A DNA stretch of 58,795 nucleotides from a bacterium (GTDB lineage: Bacteria > Patescibacteriota > Saccharimonadia > UBA4664 > JBBRNT01), in assembly GCA_043767845.1 (NCBI GenBank), contig JAYUFZ010000024.1, forward strand, positions 1-58,795. The letters run 5' to 3'. Of this stretch, positions 29,322-39,376 are shown piece after piece. Numbering within the stretch: the stretch's first letter is position 1; each line of letters opens with the position of its first letter. The notes beneath the pieces are model-generated. The model had not been told where the DNA came from and ran no database searches. It was given only the letters and a program-made list of their open reading frames with translations. A program made the translations under genes and the position numbers.

Positions 29322-29906
29322 ATGAGAATTAACTTACTTCCAGATATAGTCCAGCAGCGTCGTAAAGACGCTCGGACTAAGCAATTGGCCACTATGGCCT
29401 TGGCCGGTTGGTTTGGACTGCTTGCAGTCGTAGTACTGGGTACTTTGGCTTATCGCGGCTTCCAGAACCACCGCTTTAGCTCGGCTACCGACACCTACGA
29501 CCAAGTCAATGCCGATGTGAACTCCGATGAAAACGTCGCCATACGGGCCGAAGCCCAATCGGTGCAAACCAGTCTGCTATCACTGTCTACGCTGCACTCG
29601 TCCCAGGCCAAGCTATCGGTGATATCGCGATTGATTGCTGATAAGACACCGCCAAAGGCAAAACTCAAGGACCTAACCATTACCGCCTCTGGTGCTCTAA
29701 CCTTTACTGGCGATGCTCCTAGCTACGACGACGCTAGCATCATGGTAGCTGCTATGAAAGCCACAGCCGATACTAGCGCCCTGGCTGCTAGTAGTGCCCC
29801 CGGCTACTTCACCAAAGTCTTTCTTGACGGGGTGAATCGAACCGATGGGGGTACAACCTTCTCGATATCTGGTGTCTACGTGACTAAGACAGGAGTAAGT
29901 AAATGA
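29322..29906 (+). CDS. pilN: type IV pilus alignment protein PilN
   Basis: N-terminal RINLLP PilM-binding motif, TM segment, coiled coil. Confidence 0.9.
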   Translation: MRINLLPDIVQQRRKDARTKQLATMALAGWFGLLAVVVLGTLAYRGFQNHRFSSATDTYDQVNADVNSDENVAIRAEAQSVQTSLLSLSTLHSSQAKLSVISRLIADKTPPKAKLKDLTITASGALTFTGDAPSYDDASIMVAAMKATADTSALAASSAPGYFTKVFLDGVNRTDGGTTFSISGVYVTKTGVSK

Positions 29907-30514
29907 AGTCTGACAAGCTCAGTAACACCCTAGGACTGTATTTGCTGCTTGCCTTAGGCTCGATGATTGCTATCGGCCTGCTGGTAGTCAAACCCCAGTA
30001 TAATGCCGCCGAAGCTACTCGGCTGAAGACCCAAAAAGTCGATAAGAAAACAGCAGACCTCCGGCAGCTTGGTGATGATACCAAGAAACTCAAAGACAAC
30101 TATGAAACCATAAAGTCCGACAAAGTTCGTATTCTATCAATGTTGCCAGTCAATACTGAAGAAGAGAACTTGCTGGTCATGATGAATACCGTCGCGCTCA
30201 AGTCTGGCGTTATCCTTAACTCGTACACACCTGACACCTTCAAGACGCAAGCAGCACCAGGTACCAATGTCGGTGCCGCACTGCTCAACCCGCTGCACGC
30301 CATCGTTACGGTAGTCGGAACGTTTCCAAACATCCAAGACTATCTGACCAAGCTGGAGAGCTCGGGACGCTTCATGGATATTACCGCCGGTGCCTTTTCG
30401 GCAGCCCCGGTTGCTGCCGGCACAAAGACGACGACGAGCGTTATCCAGCTTAGGATAAACGTTACAGCTTATTTCCAAGCCGCAACTCGGGTGAGCGAAG
30501 GGGGAGTGAAATAA
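29903..30514 (+). CDS. pilO: type IV pilus alignment protein PilO
   Basis: TM, coiled coil, LP...L, G.F..I..YL.KLE..GR; follows pilN. Confidence 0.85.
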   Translation: MKSDKLSNTLGLYLLLALGSMIAIGLLVVKPQYNAAEATRLKTQKVDKKTADLRQLGDDTKKLKDNYETIKSDKVRILSMLPVNTEEENLLVMMNTVALKSGVILNSYTPDTFKTQAAPGTNVGAALLNPLHAIVTVVGTFPNIQDYLTKLESSGRFMDITAGAFSAAPVAAGTKTTTSVIQLRINVTAYFQAATRVSEGGVK

Positions 30515-30762
30515 TGAATAAGACACGCGCTCACGCCAAGCTGATTCAAGAAATCTTCCTGCTGGTATTCATTATCCTGGTGATCATCGTGGTGAGCTTT
30601 ATATCTTCCGGTAAAAAGCTGACACCGACCAAGACTGCGCCAACTCCGCATATCGATACCGAGTTTAATAAGGACGCGCTCGATACAGTGCGGACTTCCG
30701 AAGATAACTACCGCAAAGTCGATATTAACGGCGTCGGTAAGGCCGACCCATTTAGTATCTAG
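30514..30762 (+). CDS. small pilus-associated protein (PilP-like N-terminus)
   Basis: TM then GKADPF motif; follows pilO. Confidence 0.6.
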   Translation: MNKTRAHAKLIQEIFLLVFIILVIIVVSFISSGKKLTPTKTAPTPHIDTEFNKDALDTVRTSEDNYRKVDINGVGKADPFSI

Positions 30763-30763
30763 T

Positions 30764-31978
30764 ATGCAGACTTTTACATATTCAGCCAAAGACCTCGACG
30801 GGCGGCTGGTCAAAGCCGATGTCGAAGCCGCCAGTGTGTCTGATGCCGCCAAACTACTAATTAGCAAAAGTCTTTTTCCGCTGGAAGTCGTCGAGAAGAA
30901 GAAGGGTATTAACTCCACCCAGGAGTTAATCGATAGCTTCTCGCGCATCACTATAAAGGACAAGGTACTTTTCACCCGCCAGCTGGCTACGCTGGTAAAG
31001 GCTGGCCTTCCGTTGGCGCGGGCATTATCGGTATTGGAAAAGCAGATTACCAACCCGAAGATGCTCAAGCTAGTGGCTAGCATAAGTGTCAGTATTCAAG
31101 GCGGAACAAGTCTATCACAAACACTTACCGCCTACCCAGATGTTTTTAACACTATCTATGTGAGTATGGTTGAGGCTGGGGAAGCGAGTGGGAACCTGGA
31201 TGATGTTTTGCTCAGGCTGGCTGCCCAGGAAGAGAAAAACCAGCAGATTGTAAGCAAGATCCGTTCGGCCTTTACCTATCCGATCGTCGTACTTGTCGTA
31301 CTGATCGCGGTGATGGTCATGATGATTACGTTGGTATTGCCGCAGGTCGGTAAAATGTATGAAGACCTCAAAAAGCCGTTGCCGCCGTTTACTCGGATAC
31401 TTTTGGCCATATCCGACTTTACCATCCACTACTGGTACCTGGTGATCATGGTGCTAATCGGTATTGGCTATGCTATACGTGTGTATCTTAAGACTCCGGC
31501 TGGGGTGAGCTTGGTTGATAGGTCAAAGCTGAATATCCCTGGTGTGAAAACGTTGATGATGAAGATGTATATGGCCCGCTTTGCCCGTACCCTTGGCTCG
31601 CTTATAGCTACTGGCATACCGGTATTGCAGGCCTTAGGAATCGTTTCTAAGGCCATGAATAATGTCCACTTGCAGGCCGAGATAGAAAATATTGCCGGCA
31701 AGGTCAAGGGCGGCACAGCCATGAGTAAGCCAGTTTCCGAAAGTCTCCTGTTCATGCCGATGGTCGGGCAAATGATGGCAGTGGGGGAGGAGACAGGGAC
31801 GATGGGCGATAGCTTAACAAAAGTAGCTAGCTATTACGAAGACGAGGTCGATGAGGCTATCCGTAATATCTCGACGCTCATCGAACCAGCGACTATGGTC
31901 GTTCTAGGTGTAATGGTTGCTTTCCTGATAGCTGCCGTGCTGCTGCCAATTTACGGCCTGGTCTCGCAATTGCACTAA
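30764..31978 (+). CDS. pilC: type IV pilus platform protein PilC (GspF family)
   Basis: FTRQLATL..AGLPL, AGEASGNL, AFTYP, VGEETG, IEP. Confidence 0.97.
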   Translation: MQTFTYSAKDLDGRLVKADVEAASVSDAAKLLISKSLFPLEVVEKKKGINSTQELIDSFSRITIKDKVLFTRQLATLVKAGLPLARALSVLEKQITNPKMLKLVASISVSIQGGTSLSQTLTAYPDVFNTIYVSMVEAGEASGNLDDVLLRLAAQEEKNQQIVSKIRSAFTYPIVVLVVLIAVMVMMITLVLPQVGKMYEDLKKPLPPFTRILLAISDFTIHYWYLVIMVLIGIGYAIRVYLKTPAGVSLVDRSKLNIPGVKTLMMKMYMARFARTLGSLIATGIPVLQALGIVSKAMNNVHLQAEIENIAGKVKGGTAMSKPVSESLLFMPMVGQMMAVGEETGTMGDSLTKVASYYEDEVDEAIRNISTLIEPATMVVLGVMVAFLIAAVLLPIYGLVSQLH

Positions 31979-32059
31979 TTTTTGCTTGACAGGCAGACGG
32001 CTTAAGCTTAAAGTAACCATAAGTATTAAAGAAATTATTACATAGGTAGGTGAGACAAT

Positions 32060-32494
32060 ATGTTGAAGAGATTAGAAAAAAGTAGAGACCGGGGATTTAC
32101 CCTGATCGAAATCGTAATCGTTCTGGCCATTGCAGCCTTGATCATTCTAGTAGTGTTGCAAGCAGTCGCCTCTGCCCAGCGTGCTCAGCGCGATACTGCC
32201 CGCAAAGATGAAGCTGGCCGCATGGTCTCACTGCTTGAGCAATATGCCTCAAACAATGGTGGTGTTTATCCACTTACCCCAGCTGCAGCCGATGCCATGC
32301 TCGTATCATATGACGCCAATGCTTCAGCCGTCTCAAACCTTGGTAATAAATACACCATTGCCGCAGCTTGTGCTTCACCCGTTACCAGCACTACGTTCTC
32401 GACGGCCTACGCTGTACTCGCCGGTAACCGCGACTACACCCTCAGTGCTTGTTTAGAAAACGGTGGCGCAGCCCAGATCCATCCTGCCCCATAA
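32060..32494 (+). CDS. type IV pilin, probable major pilin
   Basis: RG/FTLIEIVIVLAI class III signal; own TTGACA promoter and strong terminator. Confidence 0.92.
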   Translation: MLKRLEKSRDRGFTLIEIVIVLAIAALIILVVLQAVASAQRAQRDTARKDEAGRMVSLLEQYASNNGGVYPLTPAAADAMLVSYDANASAVSNLGNKYTIAAACASPVTSTTFSTAYAVLAGNRDYTLSACLENGGAAQIHPAP

Positions 32495-32512
32495 TCAGCC
32501 TCTGCTGAGTAC

Positions 32513-32540
32513 TAAAAAAGGAGCCTACGCTCCTTTTTTA
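32513..32540. terminator. bidirectional rho-independent terminator after the pilin
   Basis: taaaaaaggagc-ctac-gctcctttttta. Confidence 0.9.
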
Positions 32541-32644
32541 GTTGTGAGAGATAGTATAGCGGAGTCACTCTGTGGGTAAAAGTGGCAGCAAGTTTGCGCA
32601 ACTCAGCCAGAACCGCTAGTATATAAACATAAGAGGTATTTTGG

Positions 32645-33382
32645 TTGAAGAGGTTTAAGCTGCTCAAGACGGCATCCGGTTTCACGTTGATTGAGACCAC
32701 TATTGTGCTGGGTATTATTGGGCTTATTACCGTATTGCTGGTCGCCGGATCTGGTGATTCGCTCAAGACTGAGCGCTTCCGTAGTGAAGTGGCTATATTT
32801 GCTAGCACTATCCGGTCCGCCCAGACACGGTCCTACACTGTCATGACCGGCGACAACAGTGCCGCTTGCCGGGTGTCTGTGGCTCCCTATAACCCTGGTT
32901 CCAAGGGTTGCGTTTGGCGTGGGGTGGTGATGGATTTCCAGGCCAACACTAACTATACCCAAAGCTTGCTTTACGGCTATGACTTTTCGGCTTTTGGAAA
33001 CCTAACCTCGAACGTGAACTCGCCGTGTATACCGACCGATCCCAGGGATTGTCTCTTGGATAAACTCTACACTGATCCCAATATTGGCCATCTGTCAACC
33101 AGTGGACTGGTGATGGAATCGATTAAGATTGATGACACGCCGGCCTTTAGTCCAGGGACGACTGTTGGTGGCAATTTGTCGCTAGCCTTTCTGGCACCGT
33201 CCGGACAGGCTTATAGTAATTGCCAGAGCGGGACGTGTAGCGGCGCGCTGGGCGTGGACGTGCGGCCCTATGACGACAAAGTGCACCTTATCCGATTTAC
33301 CTTCAGAGATGACGCCGTAAAGCTCAAAGCGGATGTGACTTTTGACACGGCGAGCGGTACTATTAAGACAGATATAAAGTAG
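32645..33382 (+). CDS. minor pilin (FimU/GspH-like)
   Basis: SG/FTLIETTIVLGII; AQ.RS helix; first of four minor pilins. Confidence 0.85.
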   Translation: MKRFKLLKTASGFTLIETTIVLGIIGLITVLLVAGSGDSLKTERFRSEVAIFASTIRSAQTRSYTVMTGDNSAACRVSVAPYNPGSKGCVWRGVVMDFQANTNYTQSLLYGYDFSAFGNLTSNVNSPCIPTDPRDCLLDKLYTDPNIGHLSTSGLVMESIKIDDTPAFSPGTTVGGNLSLAFLAPSGQAYSNCQSGTCSGALGVDVRPYDDKVHLIRFTFRDDAVKLKADVTFDTASGTIKTDIK

Positions 33383-33390
33383 GTGAGCGA

Positions 33391-33966
33391 GTGAGCAGCC
33401 GCATGTTTAAGAACTTGGCAGGGGAGTCCGGGGTAACGCTCATCGATGTGGCGATCGCCCTGGCACTGCTGGCTATTGCCTTGGCCGCGGCTGGCGCCTT
33501 GGCCACATTGTCGTCACGGGTTGGGGCCGAGGCCGGCCGGCGTAGCCAGGCTGTCGAGCTGGCCAGTGGGGAGCTGGAGGCACTGCACAACTATCGTGAT
33601 CGCCAGGCCAAGCAAAGCTTACTCATGACCCCCGACTACTTCGCCACCTCCAAGGTTTGCCCGACCCAAGACGCCCTGATCATGGCACTGAGCGGTACTC
33701 CACCCAACCAAAGCTGGCTACCCGTGCCAGTCGCCGGGGTGATACCGGTTAGTTACACGGCTGCCGAAGTGACCCCCCAGCTGCTCAGTAATGGTTTTAG
33801 CCGGCTCATCAGCCTATGTGACACTGGTGACCCAAATATTAAAACTGTCGAAGTGAGCGTCTACTGGACGGAGCCCAATGGTCCGGTCATGGTAGCGGGG
33901 ACATCGTTTAACCGCCGGGTAGTTCTGCGCTCTATCCTGAGCAATTGGGCGGGGTCTACACCATGA
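33391..33966 (+). CDS. minor pilin (PilV/GspI-like)
   Basis: SG/VTLIDVAIA; A.ELA..ELE; KTVEVSVYW. Confidence 0.85.
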   Translation: MSSRMFKNLAGESGVTLIDVAIALALLAIALAAAGALATLSSRVGAEAGRRSQAVELASGELEALHNYRDRQAKQSLLMTPDYFATSKVCPTQDALIMALSGTPPNQSWLPVPVAGVIPVSYTAAEVTPQLLSNGFSRLISLCDTGDPNIKTVEVSVYWTEPNGPVMVAGTSFNRRVVLRSILSNWAGSTP

Positions 33967-34517
33967 AGAAGCTAACGAACCGTGGTTTCACCCTTATCGA
34001 GATTACCATTGGCTTTGCCATTCTGTCGGTGGCAATGGCTTCGGCTACCACTGCCTATATAGGTATTTCACGCTTGCAACAGCAGGGTATTACTGTCCGC
34101 CTAGCCCAGCAAAATGCCCGGACTAGCTTCGAGAGCGTGATCAGGGAGATCCGTAATGCAAGCACAGTAACTGTTGCCCCTGACAGACATAGCATCATTA
34201 TGACTGGTGAGCTGGGGCAGATCGGTGACTACACGCAGTACAAGGTAGTCACTAGCCAGCTGGTGCGCTCGTCCTGCAACGCGGCGCTGGTCTGCGTCGA
34301 CTCGATCATAAGTAATGCCGATATCCGACTTACGGACATGACATTTACCTACATTGACCCACCTGGTACCATACCAGCGGGTGTCCCACTCGGTTCGCCG
34401 ACCGTCAAAGTAGCCATGACCTTCCAACAGTACGACGACAGTATTACGAGCATTGTCGACGTCTATAACCGCACATTTGAATTATCGACAGTCGTATCAC
34501 CAAGGACCTACCAATGA
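33963..34517 (+). CDS. minor pilin (PilW/GspJ-like)
   Basis: RG/FTLIEITIG; REIRNA; C-terminal VSPR. Confidence 0.87.
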   Translation: MKKLTNRGFTLIEITIGFAILSVAMASATTAYIGISRLQQQGITVRLAQQNARTSFESVIREIRNASTVTVAPDRHSIIMTGELGQIGDYTQYKVVTSQLVRSSCNAALVCVDSIISNADIRLTDMTFTYIDPPGTIPAGVPLGSPTVKVAMTFQQYDDSITSIVDVYNRTFELSTVVSPRTYQ

Positions 34518-35707
34518 CAAAACAGATGCACCCAAACACTAGTCAGCGGGGAGCCATCGCTATGTACTTAGCCATCGCTATGGGGCTCTTGTTGCTTATT
34601 ACTACTACCTACGCGGCCCGGCTGCAAGTCACAGAGCTGAGCCAGTCGAGCCAGGTCGACCGCTCCGACCAAGCCTACTACGCTGCAGAGGCGGGTATCG
34701 AAGACGCGCTGAGGATTATTTCCAAAAACTCGGCAGCGACCGTCCAGTCAATGTTTCCTTTGCAATTCAACGGCATGTCTGGACGGCAGGAAGGCGACAT
34801 GAATGCCTTAATAGACTTTAGCGGGAGTCCGGTAGCCTATAATAGCGCCTCTAGTCTGCAGCGTGAAAGCAATGCCTCAGAAATTGGCCAGCTGGCTTGG
34901 CGCAACCGTAAGGTCTATGACTCCAGCGCCTCCAATACTGGCAGCCTGGTGAAAGACGAAACCATCCAATATGACACCAGTGTTCTAGCTCGTACAACTC
35001 CCACCGGTATTATTACCAACTCTGCTCCACCGGACACTGACCTTGGTGCGGTTCCTGACCCACCGATAGCCGGGTCGTTAGCCGACCATTTCGATGGCAT
35101 TACTTACTGCTGGGCGACAGTTACCGGCAGCGCTGGGATTGAAATGACTGTTATATCTTGGGACAAGTCGAACATCTCGGACATTCGCACTGCTAAAGTG
35201 ATCGTGCCAGATGGCGCCTTTACACTGATACCCGGCAGGACTATTAGCGCTGGCGCGGTAGTCATGGGAACCCTCGACTACAAGCTGGCGATTGCGCCGT
35301 ACACCTCCTGCTTCAACTTCCATAATATTGATAAAAACCGCCGCTTTATCTTCAGGCTTAAACCAGTTTTTGGGGCAACAGCGGGCACTGGTGGTAATGA
35401 CCAGACCTTGAACCCCGGTGGGACTCAGAATCACTACTCGATCAACTATCGGGTACAGTTTAACGATACTACCAATAATACGGCCTCGCCGCTCTATATC
35501 CCGCACGGTTCGTACCTGATCGATGTCGTGGGCCAGTCTGGCGACATCCGCCGTCGCCTGGTGGCCAAAAAAGAGCGCAATGGCAAGCTCATCAATCTCT
35601 TCGACTTCGTGTTGTATTCAGGCGAGGATGGCGCGGCGCTGTGTAAGGTTGGCGTTGGCGCCACCTATGACCCGGCAACATGCTTGAGTGGATCGATACC
35701 TAACTAA
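34514..35707 (+). CDS. minor pilin PilX/GspK-like
   Basis: QRG/AIAM (no E5); QAYYAAEAGIEDAL PilX N-terminal motif. Confidence 0.87.
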   Translation: MTKQMHPNTSQRGAIAMYLAIAMGLLLLITTTYAARLQVTELSQSSQVDRSDQAYYAAEAGIEDALRIISKNSAATVQSMFPLQFNGMSGRQEGDMNALIDFSGSPVAYNSASSLQRESNASEIGQLAWRNRKVYDSSASNTGSLVKDETIQYDTSVLARTTPTGIITNSAPPDTDLGAVPDPPIAGSLADHFDGITYCWATVTGSAGIEMTVISWDKSNISDIRTAKVIVPDGAFTLIPGRTISAGAVVMGTLDYKLAIAPYTSCFNFHNIDKNRRFIFRLKPVFGATAGTGGNDQTLNPGGTQNHYSINYRVQFNDTTNNTASPLYIPHGSYLIDVVGQSGDIRRRLVAKKERNGKLINLFDFVLYSGEDGAALCKVGVGATYDPATCLSGSIPN

Positions 35708-36378
35708 TGGGAATAGATATGAAAGTAGACAAACTGGCCAAGCATCACCAAGACCATCACGAGACGAGCCCCGAGCGGCGTCGCCATTTGCAACGCAAGC
35801 AGATAATTGACGTGGTATGGCTGGCGGCGCTGAGTATTATACTGGTGCTAGTGGTAACGCTCGTCGGCGTATATCAATTGGGCTGGCAGAACGCCTGGAC
35901 GGCCGCTATGAGCCACATCCTGCCGCTGCCGGTAGCCACCAGCTCTGAGGGTAGTATTAGCTACCGTAGCTATATTACCCACGCCCACAGCCTGGAGATG
36001 TTTCTTAAGAACAACCCAAAGTCGGGGTTGAGCCATAGTGATCTGAACAAGCAGGCCATGGCCGAAGCCAAGCATGACCTGTTTGTGGCCAACTACGCGA
36101 AGCAGCACAGCATAAAAGTTAGAAGTAATGAAATAGCAGACCAGCAGGAAAAGATTTTGAGCAGTCATAGTGACCGCCAAAAATACCTTAAGAGTTTATC
36201 GACCGACTATGGCTTGAGCCTCGCAGACCTCCAGGCCCAAATTGGTAGGGACTTACTCGAGAGCAAGGTCTCGGGCAGGCTCAATGCCGATGCTAAGTCG
36301 CAAGACGGCTACCGCAATTGGTTGACTAGCAAGCAAGAGAAAGTAACCTTTAAAGTCCTCATTCCACAGGCAAAATAG
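35707..36378 (+). CDS. SurA/PrsA N-terminal-domain chaperone-like membrane protein
   Basis: TM, LPLPVA, YAKQHSIKV...EI, YGLS..DL; no PPIase domain evident. Confidence 0.6.
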   Translation: MGIDMKVDKLAKHHQDHHETSPERRRHLQRKQIIDVVWLAALSIILVLVVTLVGVYQLGWQNAWTAAMSHILPLPVATSSEGSISYRSYITHAHSLEMFLKNNPKSGLSHSDLNKQAMAEAKHDLFVANYAKQHSIKVRSNEIADQQEKILSSHSDRQKYLKSLSTDYGLSLADLQAQIGRDLLESKVSGRLNADAKSQDGYRNWLTSKQEKVTFKVLIPQAK

Positions 36379-36422
36379 CCGAATTAGTTGCAAGGGATAG
36401 CGCTTATGGTAATATTAGGTTA

Positions 36423-37460
36423 ATGAGTATACTGAGCGAAAGCGATAATTATTTTGGCCTCGACATCGGCAATGCCGGTGTGAGGGTTGTGCAGTTGCGC
36501 CGCGGTGCGGGAAAACCGACGCTTGTAACCTATGGTGACGCACCGTTGCCACCCGGAGCCGCGCAGAGCGATTCTCCTATCGATCAGGACAAGATTGTAG
36601 AAGTGATCCGTCAGCTCGTCAAAGACGCCCGTATCAGCTCTACCAAGGTAGTGGCCGGTATTCCATCGAACCAAGCCTTTGCCTCCACCATCACGACTCC
36701 ACGCCTGACGGAAGGGGACTTGGAGAAGGCCATGCGCTTGCAGGCCGAGCAGTACGTCCCAATGGCTGTCGACCAAGTCAAGATGGACTGGGAAGTAGTT
36801 GGGCCAGGCAAAACCGATAAGGATATGCAGGTGCTCTTGGTCTCCGCCCCAAACACTGTCATCAATAAATACCTCTCGATCGTCGAGAAGGCCGGTCTCG
36901 AAATGCAGGCACTCGAAGTGAACGCCATCGCGCTATCCAGGAGTCTGATGCCAGCCAATGGTCTCGCCGTTATTATCGTCAACATTGGCAGCACCACTTC
37001 CGATATTACTATCGTCCAGAGCGGTACTCCGCGGCTAATTCGCTCGGTCAACGTCGGCGGCAACACCTTCGTGAAGGCTATTTCCCAAAACCTCGGACTC
37101 GATGAAGTCCAGGCTCAGCAATTCGCCCAGAAATTCGGTCTGACCCAGACTAAGCTTGAAGGCCAGGTATTCCGTGCCATCAAGTCGTCACTCGACCTTC
37201 TGACCGATGAAATTGATAAGTCAGTGAAATTCTTCAACACCCAGAATGAGGGTGTGAAGCTTGAGAAGATGATCCTTACTGGCGGTACCGCCGCACTACC
37301 TGAGCTGCCAGTCTACATGGCCAATACCAGCGGGCTTCCTGTAGAGATGGGCAACCCGTGGGCTAATGTCAGCTATCCTGCTGCAATCGGGGATAGGCTC
37401 ATGATGATCGGTCTTGAATACGGCATTGCCGTCGGCCTTGCTCAACGAACATTTATTTAG
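36423..37460 (+). CDS. pilM: type IV pilus assembly protein PilM
   Basis: GLDIG, AEQYVP, VNIG..T, LTGG.A.LP actin-like fold motifs. Confidence 0.96.
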   Translation: MSILSESDNYFGLDIGNAGVRVVQLRRGAGKPTLVTYGDAPLPPGAAQSDSPIDQDKIVEVIRQLVKDARISSTKVVAGIPSNQAFASTITTPRLTEGDLEKAMRLQAEQYVPMAVDQVKMDWEVVGPGKTDKDMQVLLVSAPNTVINKYLSIVEKAGLEMQALEVNAIALSRSLMPANGLAVIIVNIGSTTSDITIVQSGTPRLIRSVNVGGNTFVKAISQNLGLDEVQAQQFAQKFGLTQTKLEGQVFRAIKSSLDLLTDEIDKSVKFFNTQNEGVKLEKMILTGGTAALPELPVYMANTSGLPVEMGNPWANVSYPAAIGDRLMMIGLEYGIAVGLAQRTFI

Positions 37461-37576
37461 CCCACGAACTAATCCAAAACTACCGCTTGCTGCACGAGCA
37501 TGGGCAGTGGTGTGGTTTCGGTAGGTACGCTATTTGGCGGAAGTCGGTTATAATGGGAGCATAAGAAGATTCTTTC

Positions 37577-39361
37577 ATGCTAGCTGTCGAAACCCAAAAA
37601 ACCTTTGAGAAGCTCCTCACTTCCAAAAACCTTCTCTCAGCCGAAGAGCTGGAGCGTATTAAGTTACAGTCCGCTCAAGAGGGCAAGTCGATACTGGCCC
37701 TAATCGCCGAGCAGGAACTGATAGGCGAGGAAGACCTCATTAAGCTGACCGCCCAGGCCAACGGTGTGCCTTACGCCAACCTGACGGGGGTGGTCGTCAA
37801 AGACGAGTACCTCAAGCTCTTCCCCAAGGAGCTGGCCAAAAACTACAAGGCTGTGCCCTTCGGTGAGATGCAGTCCAAGCTAGCCGTTGGTATGATCGAC
37901 CCGACTAATGTCCAGGCCATCGACTTCATCGCCCGCAAGATCGGCCGCGGTATCACTTCCTTCATGGTCTCTAACTCCAGCGTCGACCATATTCTATCCC
38001 AGTACAAAGCTGATGTTTCCAAGGAAGTCTCGGACGTTATCGGCGCAGTATCCGACATTAAGATCGAAAAAGATAAGAAGGCCGAGCGTCAGCAAACGGC
38101 CAGCAATGTTCGAAACCTGGTCCAGGATGCGCCAATCACTCGCGCGCTCAATACTATCTTAGACTACGCCGCGCAGTCGAGGGCTTCAGATATCCATATC
38201 GAGCCGCGCGAGAAAGAGCTTAAGATACGTTTCCGCGTCGATGGGATCTTGCAAGACACCATGACATTACCCAAGGAAGTCGAGCCGGCACTCATCTCAC
38301 GTATCAAAATTCTTGCCAACCTCAAAATTGATGAGCACCGCATCCCCCAAGACGGCCAATTCCAGATGTCGACCGGTGCCAAGGATATCGACTTGCGTAT
38401 TGCCATTGCCCCGGTAGTTAATGGCGAGCAGGTGGTTATTCGTTTGCTCGACAAAGACAATACGCTACTAACACTCGATTCGCTCGGCTTTAAGGGCCGG
38501 GCTTTTCGACTCATCCAGGAGGGGATTCATCGGCCGCATGGCATGACGCTCTCGACCGGTCCAACTGGCTCGGGTAAATCCACCACGCTGTACGCTGTGA
38601 TCGCCGCTATTAAGTCGGTGACCATCAATATTGTGACGCTGGAAGATCCAGTTGAGTACAAGATGGATGGTATCAACCAGATCCAGATTAATCCGGAGGT
38701 TGGATTAACCTTTGCTTCTGGGTTACGGTCAATTCTGCGCCAAGATCCGAACGTCGTAATGGTTGGGGAAATGCGCGACAAGGAAACAGCCGACTTAGCC
38801 GTGCAGGCTGCTCTGACCGGCCATATCGTGCTCTCCACACTGCACACCAACTCTGCAGCTGGGGTATTACCCCGCTTACTGGACATGGAAGTCGAACCTT
38901 TCTTAATCGCTTCCACGGTTAATACCATCATCGGCCAACGTTTGGTACGGCGGATCTGCCCGAAGTGCATCGAGGAGATTCCTGCTACCGAAACCCAGGT
39001 TCAGGCCATCCAGAAAGTTGTCGGCCACATCCTGCCAAAGACCAAGGAGGATTTGGAGGCTGCCAAGATCGATTTGGGCTATGAGAAGTTGCCACTGGCC
39101 ACCCAAAGCGCTTATACTGTGTTTAGGGGAAAAGGCTGTTCCGAATGTAGCAACGGCTACAAGGGTCGGATTGGTATATACGAAGTTTTTGGCATGACGG
39201 GTGAGATGGAAAAAATGTTGGCCGATCGGGCCACGACCAGTGTCGTCCAAGCTCAAGCCGAAAAGGATGGCATGATAACCATGAAGCAAGACGGTTATCT
39301 TAAGGCCTTAACTGGACAAACTACACTCGAAGAAGTTGCTCGTGTAGCTGCTGACTTCTAA
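37577..39361 (+). CDS. pilB: type IV pilus assembly ATPase PilB
   Basis: ASDIHIEP, PQDG, GPTGSGKSTTLY, LEDPVEY, LRQDP, TGH, CxxC...CxxC. Confidence 0.97.
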   Translation: MLAVETQKTFEKLLTSKNLLSAEELERIKLQSAQEGKSILALIAEQELIGEEDLIKLTAQANGVPYANLTGVVVKDEYLKLFPKELAKNYKAVPFGEMQSKLAVGMIDPTNVQAIDFIARKIGRGITSFMVSNSSVDHILSQYKADVSKEVSDVIGAVSDIKIEKDKKAERQQTASNVRNLVQDAPITRALNTILDYAAQSRASDIHIEPREKELKIRFRVDGILQDTMTLPKEVEPALISRIKILANLKIDEHRIPQDGQFQMSTGAKDIDLRIAIAPVVNGEQVVIRLLDKDNTLLTLDSLGFKGRAFRLIQEGIHRPHGMTLSTGPTGSGKSTTLYAVIAAIKSVTINIVTLEDPVEYKMDGINQIQINPEVGLTFASGLRSILRQDPNVVMVGEMRDKETADLAVQAALTGHIVLSTLHTNSAAGVLPRLLDMEVEPFLIASTVNTIIGQRLVRRICPKCIEEIPATETQVQAIQKVVGHILPKTKEDLEAAKIDLGYEKLPLATQSAYTVFRGKGCSECSNGYKGRIGIYEVFGMTGEMEKMLADRATTSVVQAQAEKDGMITMKQDGYLKALTGQTTLEEVARVAADF

Positions 39362-39376
39362 GCACAAAGGCATATT